A stretch of 33,141 nt of DNA from Atractiella rhizophila (taxonomy: Eukaryota), in the NCBI GenBank assembly GCA_021432655.1, contig MU271600.1, positions 7,439 through 40,579 of the forward strand. The letters are read 5' to 3'. A model generated the notes under the pieces. The model saw only the letters and a list, made by a program, of their open reading frames with translations. It made no database searches and was not told the DNA's origin. The translations under genes and the position numbers were made by a program. Shown here one piece after another: positions 11,988-21,214 of the stretch. Within the stretch, counting starts at the first letter, position 1. Every line of letters starts with the position of its first letter.

Positions 11988-12075
11988 CCTTCCACACATA
12001 TTCGCGAAGAAGATGTGAGGCCGCCTCTGCAAGAGAGGTTGTGCGAGAGAGTGAGAATTTGGCTAATCGAGGGAG

Positions 12076-12207
12076 CTAAATTCCCCAGCCACGTACAAAA
12101 CGATACGAGTAAGATAAACGGAAAGTGGTTCCATTACAATAGATATGCGTACCTAAATTCCCCAGCCACGTACAAAACGATACGAGTAAGATAAACGGAA
12201 AGTGGTT
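12076..12207. repeat. Perfect 55-bp direct repeat (12076-12130, 12153-12207) with a 22-bp spacer
   Basis: ctaaattccccagccacgtacaaaacgatacgagtaagataaacggaaagtggtt occurs twice identically. Spacer is ccattacaatagatatgcgtac. Confidence 0.95.
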
Positions 12208-13409
12208 GGGGAAAAGGAAACGAATAAGAAAGGAAGAGAAGCTTTAATAGTGCTGCAGAGCGGAGGAGTGAAATGCAAAGATAAATCCGCAATAAACAAA
12301 ACATGCATAAGTTAGTGTGGTGTGTTCCAGTCTGTCGTGTCTGCTTCCCGATTCACCTTTCCATCTCCAACAGAGAGTATTCCATGGACGAAGAAACACG
12401 ACAAGTTAGAAATCCTTCTCAGCGAGGAAATAAATATCAGCACATGAATGTCTTCCAACAATTACCATCATCGAGCTCTCTTGAGTCTACATAAATCATA
12501 ATCACACAGCTTCACTTTTTCTCTCACCTTTTTGAACAGATGTTGCCGATCCTCAAAAGTCATGTCAAAAGTCGTCCATGTCCTTACTGTGAGCACGATG
12601 ATGATCCAGCAGGAGCTTTTGTTTCTTGAACACTTGAGTCATAGTCATAAATTGTTTCGGTGACGTAATTTATGCAGCGCTCCTGCTACACACTTTATTT
12701 TTGACTTTATCGCTCCCCAGTCATGCCAGTGCGTCCCATACATTTCTCTCTCAGTGTGCTTCAGCTGATTTCGGCCCACAGCTAACGTCCCACCCTCCAT
12801 GCCAGCCTGAAGCCTGTGCCATCCAGTCCGTTTCTACACTTTCGCTTTAATCTAAAGACCCTTGAATGACTGATGGTGTACAGGGACTGTTTTACTGCCA
12901 ACCCGTCACGGCCGGAGAAGTGCGATGCAACTGTCTTCAAACTTTAGTTCGTCTTCTCCTACGCTAATAGACGAACCAGTGAATTGGAGGGTGCTAGCGA
13001 CTGCTGTAGACAGATGTACGAGAAATCAGGGGATAGTGGAGAAGCTAAGCGGAGAGGAAAAGGAGAGGGCGGGAATGAAGGAAGTACGGCGTGTCCTGTG
13101 AAGAGTGTGACAATGCGGAAGTGGGGGGAGATGAAGGAGCGGCTGGAACTGGAAGCGAAGTAGTGAAGGTGCATGGAGGTGCGCTTCTTCCCTCCATTAT
13201 TTGAATGGGAGAATGGCGTGCCTCTCAAGTCCATTAAGCAAGCGGCGTTGCTTTCAGAGCTGTAATAATCGATGAACTGAAGTAGTATCAATGTACTTGA
13301 AGCTTCGAGAAGCATGTGATACTTTATAACCCAAGTCAGCGCTGTAGCAAAAACTTCAACATACATCTCCGATGTGGGTCGATATTGTGAATTATGCATT
13401 CTCTGTACT

Positions 13410-14310
13410 AGGACTTTCTTCCTGCCGACATTATTGCCACAATTTTAGAAGAACGAGGACAGAGATCCCAGAGTCAACACCAGCTAGCGTGAAATGCCTA
13501 GCTGATTCGGCTATGGGGCATTAGGACTTGACCACACAGCTTCTGTTGTATGTCTCGAATGCAATGACATATTGGTAGGGGATTGTTTCTTTGTTGCTCC
13601 TCTTGATTGCATTTCGTTCCTCCAATAGTTTCTTCCCTCGCCCATCCTGATGTAGAGACCTTGGCGAAGAGGCGAGATTGTGCGAGAGGGAGGAGGTTCT
13701 TTGCTGTGCTTGAAAAAGCTTGTACTTCGAAACACCTTCAAATCACTGCGTCCTTTCAACATTTGTCACAACCTTCACCCTTGGCCACTCGTGAACGGCG
13801 CTTCTGCCTGGTGAGCACTTTCTTTCAGCCAACTCAAAGTTGTTTCGCCTTATTCTCCCTTTCCGAAGCGCCAATTCAATCTCTCAAGTTTATATGTGGA
13901 CAAAAGGCTCAAGACTAAAGGACTTGGTGTTTTCAGGTTTTTCACAATTCAGAAGGATCATTGTCCAGCTTTGAATGTAATCACAAACGCTTTCACAGCT
14001 CTCTTATCTCTACTGTGGGGACGAAACAATCATGATCCAAAGCTCGCTGGTGTCTTTAGAATTATGGGCTCTTGACTAAGGACGCGGACGTAATGACCCT
14101 GAAGTACAACTCCTTCGTGTGCGAAGGTCTGAAAACGGTCGCTTGGCGCGTGTGGTTAGCCCTGGCGGACCGTCCGACCAAGGCTTCTTCCCTTCTCTGA
14201 AGCCTGTTAACAATAGTCCGTTGGCGAACTTAACCGTATAGCAGCCGGGTATGGTTGGAAGTGTTGGTCAGTCCTCTGCTGATCGATACCGACATCTTAA
14301 AGTCTGTAAT
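13410..14310 (+). pseudogene. Degenerate F-box/LRR-like copy directly upstream of the intact gene
   Basis: SLAHPDVET (vs TLVHLEVAT), cgaaacaccttcaaatcactgcgtcctt (vs tgaaaccgctccagtcaactgtatcctt), ccaattcaatctctcaa, ttatctctactgtgggacgaaacaatc and gctgatcgataccga (vs gctgatcgttatcga) all match. Many indels and stops. Confidence 0.8.
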
Positions 14311-14775
14311 GATAGGCTACTGGAGCTCACCATGAACGTCTTGAACACGTTAAGATGAATGTTTGCTCCGAGATCTTGTTTTCGTATTCCTCCCTTGAAC
14401 GCAATACCAGCTTCTGGATGTTACACAAGTTTGAGTTTACCCTATGGAAGAACAGAATATGGCTTTGTCCGTCAATTTTGGTCGAAATGCAAGTTTAGGC
14501 GATGCCTTCGTTCTCTACTTTTATTGCTTATAACTCAGATTGTTACTATCAATCCAGTAGAATCAAGATGTCCCTAATCTGGATCATGTGAATGTAACGG
14601 AATGCAGAAAGCGGAGCCGAGATAAGAGCCAGGGCTAGGGTTGAAGAAGCTCAAGTGAACATTGAAACTGCCTACATCCAGTAATGCCTGCAATAACACT
14701 AATGTGAGTGCATTAATACACAAAAGATGGCGGAGTGATTAAGGCTCGTGCTCAAGGAACATTGCACCTCATAAG

Positions 14776-16143
14776 ATGACGGTGCCACGAGAAAGCAGGG
14801 GGGACACGCGACCAGTAATTTTGGAGGACGTTCTGTTATTGATATTCTGTTTCATGCGCCACAACGACCTATCAGCCTGTTGTCGCGTTTCTTCGTCGTG
14901 GAACGCTGTTGCACAACCTATTCTGGAGCGACGGCGTCACTTCATGCTAAGTCTCGCCCAGGGAGATGATACGCAGGGGCAGATGGTTGTTGAGACGGAG
15001 CGACAGCTTATACGGTCCAGGAATGTCAGGAACATTCGCCATTTGACACTATGGACTGGAGGATTCGAAAGTAAACGGCTCAACAACGACAATCCAAGTT
15101 GCATCTCAATGTTCGAAGTCCTACAAGATGTCGCTCCTTACCTCACATCACTTCGCATAGCATTTTACTTCCCTTCACTAGGTGGCGCCTTTACCTTCCC
15201 CCCATTTCCTATGCTTAGAAGCCTTACTGTCGACAACACCGATGCCGAACTTCCCTTTGCATTTGACGAGGCTTTCCCACATCTCTCTGTGAGCAGCCTC
15301 AGGGAACTATTCCTCAAAGGAATTGATCAGCTCTCGGCATTCCATCTCGCCTGTAGCACCCTGGTTCACCTCGAAGTGGCAACTCGACGAGGAGATATTG
15401 ACGAGGAGACGAGAAGGAGATTTAGGTCTCTGGCATCCTTAAAAAGGCTTCAATGGATTTCTGAAACCGCTCCAGTCAACTGTATCCTTCCGATCTCTAT
15501 CACAGACCTCACACTTTGGCGTAAAGCTGACCGTGGTTTGAATCCACAACCGTGGTCCATTGAGTTGGCTTTTCCAAACTTCCCGGATCTCTCAAACCTT
15601 TCTTCCTTGGTTCTCTTACAATGTCTTCCTTTATCTGCGAATTTTCCAAACTGTAAATTCAAAATCTCAGAACTAGGTGTAGACGGCAGCCTGTGGCGTG
15701 AAGGAGACGGTATCTTCAAGTTGTTACACAACTCAGCAACATCTTTATCCAAATTTGATTTTCCGATCACAAGCAACTGGCGCTTTCGCGAGCTTCTTTA
15801 TTTCTGCTGCGGAGGAAGAAACAATCCGAATCCGACATTTGTTGATGCTTTCAGAGCGATCAACTCTAGGCTCAGCATTGTGGACATTCATGACGGCCGT
15901 TATGGGTTCGAAGACAGCGTGCAGGGGGATCTGGAATGTGGTAGACTAATGTTTTATTGGGGTGCGGGAGCAGCTGACATTGCAGCGGCGTTACAAAGTG
16001 CGATTACGGAAGGATCACTCCCCGCTTTGAAGCTTGTTTCCCTTCAACTAGAGATGGACAGGGAGGCGATGGAGTCATTTTACCGTTTAGGATCCGAAAA
16101 TCAATTCGAAGTCCAAGGTCAGGACAGCGAGCGGAAGCATTGA
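14776..16143 (+). CDS. F-box domain protein with a degenerate LRR (RNI-like) C-terminal region, 455 aa, intronless
   Basis: N-terminal F-box motif ILEDVLLLIFCFMRHNDLSACCRVSSSWNAVAQPIL. Recurring LxxLxL motifs follow (IRHLTL, LTSLRI, LRSLTV, LRELFL, LVHLEV, LKRLQW, ITDLTL, LSSLVL). Confidence 0.88.
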   Translation: MTVPRESRGDTRPVILEDVLLLIFCFMRHNDLSACCRVSSSWNAVAQPILERRRHFMLSLAQGDDTQGQMVVETERQLIRSRNVRNIRHLTLWTGGFESKRLNNDNPSCISMFEVLQDVAPYLTSLRIAFYFPSLGGAFTFPPFPMLRSLTVDNTDAELPFAFDEAFPHLSVSSLRELFLKGIDQLSAFHLACSTLVHLEVATRRGDIDEETRRRFRSLASLKRLQWISETAPVNCILPISITDLTLWRKADRGLNPQPWSIELAFPNFPDLSNLSSLVLLQCLPLSANFPNCKFKISELGVDGSLWREGDGIFKLLHNSATSLSKFDFPITSNWRFRELLYFCCGGRNNPNPTFVDAFRAINSRLSIVDIHDGRYGFEDSVQGDLECGRLMFYWGAGAADIAAALQSAITEGSLPALKLVSLQLEMDREAMESFYRLGSENQFEVQGQDSERKH

Positions 16144-17951
16144 TCATCCTTAGTTGGGCGGAATATCTGAAGAGCAACGTTGCATGCCTGCGTCGCCTCC
16201 CATCGGCAGCCGTGCAGGGGCTACAGTACTATGTCTGCTACACTGAAAGTTTCATTCATCTTGAAATGCAACTACTCTTGAATTCCCCACTCATGTCATC
16301 GGCTCGAGTTCTCTGAGGTCAACAAGGTCATTCGTAGCCCTTAGGTTACCACGACCATCGAACGTCGAAAGCAAGATATTCCTTTTTCTTGCACCGGGAA
16401 CTACAGCGACATTGTTCAGCTGCACAACTGCTTTCTCTGGGGAGTTGATGGGAACCCTTTTCAATTCGCTCGTCCATACCAGATGTTAGCCAATTGCATT
16501 TTGGGAGACGCGTCGCCTGCAATCAAGGATTCGCAGTCAGGTCTCCAGAGTACATGCGGCAAAATGAGCTAGGATATTCGGTACAAAGTGGTAAGAAGCG
16601 TCAGTGGTACCCGTCCTCGTCCACATGTGATCAAGAAAGGCATTTTGAGGATTATGACACATCGAGTTAGAGGGAGAACGCTCTGAATCCACACAGTAAA
16701 ATTGAGAGACAGTTTAACTGGACGGTACATTGTGAAGTTCTGTGACACACTGGCTGCTTGTGAGGGCGGAGCCTAGATCCATGTTGAGAAGGTAGTGAGT
16801 GGTTTGTAAGATTGAGGCAAATGATTGTCATCTCAGAGAGGAGTTGATGCTCAAATATGTGCTCTCACTTTATCAACTCATTATTGAACAAGACTGACAA
16901 TCCCTGCTGTTAAGTAGGCAGGCGACACGGCTTTCTTGCGGACGGGAAGAACTCAGTCAAATGCAGACCGAAAGTGAAGAGACCTCCGAAGAAGAGAACT
17001 TTGTAACGAGGCCCTTCAAGCAGATTTCCACATTGATCAGCTTATCGATGTAGATGGCCGCTTCGTCCAATTTGGAGCAAGCAGAAAGCTCCTGACCTTC
17101 AGCGAGTATGAATCTATTGAAGATTCGAACGTCTCTCCACCCCGATTTCTTCAACCACCTGCGCCGTGTGAACGAGAAGAACGGGAACTGAAGTCGCGAA
17201 CGAGCGTTCCAACACATTCGTCGCTGTTGACGTTCGTCACTGCGCCGCGACCATCCATTCAAGGCCATTCAACTGGAGCGGAACGAACGGTTCTAAACCA
17301 ATATACAGATTGCATCCTGCTTCCTCAAGCGTTTCCAATTGCGATGTACAAGCGATGGAATTGTCAGGGATGCAGGGGTTTTGAAGGGAGAAGCGTACAG
17401 GGGCACAAGTAGCTGACTAAACACCGGATAGTATCAGTATCAAATCAACCAAAGCGCCAAACCAAAACCATTAGACCAAACGAAGATAAGAACAGAGGAA
17501 GAAGGCGCGGATCTAGAGAACTGGCACTCAATTGCCTCATAATTCCCTTCTCGTTCTGTACGAACAGTTTGGGATACGGACCATTGAAATCCCACCACGT
17601 TTGAATTGCTACCAATGGAGAGCAGATAGGGCGTCCTGTATCATAAGAAGCCTATCGAAGCCAGGCAGCTGCCGAGCGGAACATAGCTGAGTTCTGGAAC
17701 GTCGTCCCTTTGTTTTCGGGACCTGAGATTGAATGCAGTGTCAATTGTGGGTATCCATGTTTGCTCATTTTGGAGTTCGCGAAGACTTTTCCTAGCCAAA
17801 CAATCTTATCAACGCATGCTCTCACTTTCTGGCCTTCCGAGCCTGTTGTCCGTTCTGATAATTCTCGTGAAAAGCACGATAATTCCATGATTTTAGGCGG
17901 TTCCGAAGACACTCGTCAACAGGTCAAGAGCTCTCAAGACTAATTACTGCT

Positions 17952-18545
17952 TCATTGAGAGATCGAGAGGAGAAAGGACCTGGTAAAACTTGAAGCAGAG
18001 TTTGCGCATCTGACCTCGTCTGAGATGTAAGGCGCCGAGTCGCTTGTCTGTGGAGTTGCGCAATGCATGGGTGATGCATCCAGAACGGGCCGTAATTGCA
18101 TTACTGGATTGGAGCCGCCCAAAGAAGTGTGGGCCGGGTCAAAGCGCTTCTCTCTTGTCTTCCTTCTTGCCGCCCTTGCAGCATGCAGCGGAATAATCGC
18201 TTTTACCTTCGAGCGAAGACCTGTGGTGGACATGATTTTGCTTCCCGTGGACAATTCTGCTCGATAAGTGCCGGGTGAACAAGGAGGACAACTCCTGTTG
18301 TTGTCCAAATAAATTGATTTGGCTGAAGATAAGCGGACAGATGGACGCGTGAATGCTGAATTAGAGCTGATTTCACCCACAGTTTCGGCGGACCTTATCT
18401 TTGCTAACCCAGTTGTTCTATGGGCATCTGCTCGCCCTGAGCTGAAGACCTCCCTCTCATCTGACTTCTGAGGGAACATGAGGGATAGCAATGCAGGCAC
18501 GATGGCATGTGATGGAATCCAAAATGAAACTGGGATACTTGACAT
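17952..18545 (-). CDS. Possible hypothetical ORF divergent from the homeobox gene
   Basis: About 200 codons open on the minus strand. No recognisable motif, and the plus strand has competing exon-like segments. Confidence 0.2.
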   Translation of the reverse strand: MSSIPVSFWIPSHAIVPALLSLMFPQKSDEREVFSSGRADAHRTTGLAKIRSAETVGEISSNSAFTRPSVRLSSAKSIYLDNNRSCPPCSPGTYRAELSTGSKIMSTTGLRSKVKAIIPLHAARAARRKTREKRFDPAHTSLGGSNPVMQLRPVLDASPMHCATPQTSDSAPYISDEVRCANSASSFTRSFLLSISQ

Positions 18546-18671
18546 CCTGAAAAACAGTTCGGTTGCGTGAGCTCGTCTGAAAGAAAGCAAGCAAAAGCAT
18601 AAATTAATTCGAATTAACTTTAGCATTAACCTAATCTGCGACCATGCGTTTGCCGGATAAATCTAGTTTCT

Positions 18672-18681
18672 TCTTATAAAA
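18672..18681 (+). promoter_or_regulatory. TATA box candidate for the homeobox gene
   Basis: TATAAAAG lies about 65 bp upstream of ATG 18740. Confidence 0.45.
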
Positions 18682-18739
18682 GTTGCCCTCACCATGAGCA
18701 TCACCCAACTTCGACTAATTCGACTGTCCAAGAACAAGC

Positions 18740-20526
18740 ATGACACTTTCAACTCCCCCTCCCGCGTCAGCATCAGACGCCACTGTCGCGGTGCCTATTT
18801 CGTACGGCGCATCTCAATCCAAGCTATTAGCTATTGGCATCGGTCGAGGGAGGCCTCCAGGCGCACTCAACAGCGATGGATCGAAGCCAAAAAGGAAGAG
18901 GATCACGCCTGAGCAGCTGGAGGTCCTCACTGAGCTCTTCGAGCAGACCGACACCCCAAGTTTCGAGTGAGTGTCTCATCGCTTTCCTTTCTCAAATCCA
19001 AATTCCTTCCATCCCCCACCACCTGCCTTGTTCCTCAGGTGCACAGCTTGGAAATGTGCTTTCACGCGCTTCGGAGCTCGCGATCTCCTTGCGACGCCTA
19101 CCAGATGGGGATTAGATGAAATTTCGCAAGCCTCGCGCTAGAGAGCTATTCATGGTCCCGGCTTCCCTATCTCAGGGTTCTCATCCAGAGCTTGACGCCT
19201 CGAGGTCGGAGTTTGGGATAATTCACCAATTATCCATCGCAGCGTTTGGCTCTCGACCGAGCGCTTGTCTTGTCCTCTGAGTGTGCTGGGTGTGGCCCGT
19301 GCCCAGTGCTTTGGTTACCGTCACTGACCATATCCTGCGGGATTCCTTTCATTCCACAGGATACGCGAATCCCTCGCGGGCCGACTGTCGATGACGAACA
19401 GGGAGGTCCAGGTGTGGTTTCAGAATCGTAGAGCCAAGATGAATCGACTGCGAGCTCAAGGCCACCCTGTCCCAGCGTCCAATAACCCAGAGAAAGCAGC
19501 GGCGCTCGCGGGGGTTCAGAGCGTTCAGGCATCAAACAGCAAATCAGGACCAAAGTTTAGAAAGGTTGTTTCGCCAAAAGATGGAAAGGTCGCGAGACCG
19601 CCTCCGATCCATCATCAATCTCCTCCGTCCGAGCTAGGTAAACTTTTGTTCGCCGTTTCTATATCTGAATGGTCGTGCTGATCTATCGCCTTTCGATAGT
19701 CGATTCGTCGTCGTACCATTCATTCCCCCAACCACCTCCCCACTATTATTCCCCGGTACCTCCTCTAGCCGCTCCTCCCGCCCCAAATCAATGGACGCAC
19801 TATCCTTCAACGTCAGAGCGTCCACCCCTTGAGCAATGGCGACCAGCGCCAATGTCGTTTCCTCCGCCGCCTCCTCAGCCCATACATCATTCAAACACCA
19901 ACGTTTGGCGATCGAACGAAGTGCGACGCGAGACGCAATTGCATGATCTTCCCCCACCTCGACATCTGCCCATTTCATCCTCGTCCAGATTGGACTCGTC
20001 CATTCCCCCACCTCAATCACAATCGCAATCCAATACAGTTGAAGAACGAAGGATCCGTCTGCCATCCCTACATGAGATATTCCCTCCTACTGACGCGAGG
20101 ATCTGGGGACCTCCCACCAGCTATGCAGAGCCTTCTCGTCTGTCTGCAACTTCCACGGGCCGTCATCGACCCACCAGTTCTTTCTTCCCACCAACCTCTC
20201 CTCCAACGGCCATTATGCAGGACACCTCTCCAACAAGTTACCATTTCGATTCCCCACAGAACAGCCCTCAATCCGGATCTGGATCCGTCCTAGATCCCAG
20301 GAAACGACGACAAGCTTCATCTTCGTCCCCCAAACTGAGGGATGGCAAGTTCAAGCGACAGCGACAGAGTTCGCGCTCGACGGTCTTCGACATCATGGAT
20401 TCACGAGTTCCCGCGAAGCGAACGGAGAGCGAGATGGAGGCTGCGATGGCCCTCATCAGCGCTAGGAACGGCTTTCAATCTTCACCGACGTCCAGTGGCT
20501 CCGGTCAGGAGCTAGATCATGAATGA
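18740..20526 (+). CDS. Homeodomain transcription factor, ~443 aa; exons 18740-18966, 19360-19637, 19700-20526
   Basis: Spliced homeodomain KPKRKRITPEQLEVLTELFEQTDTPSFE|IRESLAGRLSMTNREVQVWFQNRRAKMNR. Intron phases are consistent. Pro/Ser-rich tail ends with EMEAAMALIS. Confidence 0.92.
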
Positions 20527-21214
20527 ATGCTCGCTAAAACTCGCCTCTTTCCTTGGCTGCCTCCCTCGCTTGCTTGTCATCATCTATCGATATCGACATA
20601 CGAGCAAGCAATCTATCGATTCGTCAGATCCGTTCAACGTTCGATCGTTCAACGGACCAATCAGTATTGTGATCGGTGACTGCATTCATACATACTTGCG
20701 TATCCTCCATTAGTCCTTGCCACAACATCACCAACAACCCATCATCAGACATTCCGTCATTTAGTTCGCTCCGTCCGCCTCCATCTTCCAATTGCGAAGA
20801 CCCTTTGGATCCCGTTTGGTTTCGTTTGATACCTCAAAAAGTTCTTGGCTCAGCTTGATACCCGCTTGCTTGTTCTCGTTTCGTTTCGCTTGATAATAAT
20901 GATCCTGATGCTGATGCCTTGATGCGATTGTCCATACCTTCGATAATTCTCTTTCTACTTGATAATATTGCACCCGTTCCTATTGATCGGACCATACTTG
21001 GTGCTCATAGAGCTCACGTGCTCGATCATAATTTGCTTTGACTGCCCAATGTAGAAAAGGCTGCCTTCGATTTCTCATTGTGTATTATGTTAGTATGTAC
21101 TTGGTTTCTGATTCGGATTGGAATGCAACAGCACTATACGTATTCCAACTTGGTGAGACCAGAACTCTATGAAAACGAAATATTTCGGCTGCCGCTTTCA
21201 CGTTCACCCGTCCA

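Larger units (their letters stand above)
10338..12050 (-). pseudogene. Degenerate F-box/LRR-like copy, inverted and interrupted by a hAT element
   Basis: Minus-strand matches to the 455-aa ORF: LAQPLLQRRPH (vs VAQPILERRRH) at ~12020-12050, EHQIIR (vs ERQLIR) at ~10910-10930, GDLNEETRSR...QTAPVNCNLP (vs GDIDEETRRR...ETAPVNCILP), and tttccagagtgacatttccaactctcaaaact (vs bases 58-89). Frameshifted. Confidence 0.85.

Noticed and set aside
12076..12207. CRISPR-like repeat-spacer-repeat
   Set aside because: Only two units, 55 bp long, in a eukaryotic context with no cas genes.
16280..17270. Possible minus-strand spliced gene
   Set aside because: Several short open segments, but no consistent exon chain or recognisable domain could be built.
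18694..18912. Out-of-frame uORF overlapping the homeobox start
   Set aside because: Its ATG is only ~15-20 bp after the TATA candidate, so it probably lies upstream of the transcription start.
17952..20526. Basidiomycete HD1/HD2 mating-type locus (homeobox gene with a divergent ORF)
   Set aside because: The divergent ORF has no homeodomain motif. The homeodomain starts at about residue 50 without the N-terminal dimerisation region expected of mating-type HD2 proteins.
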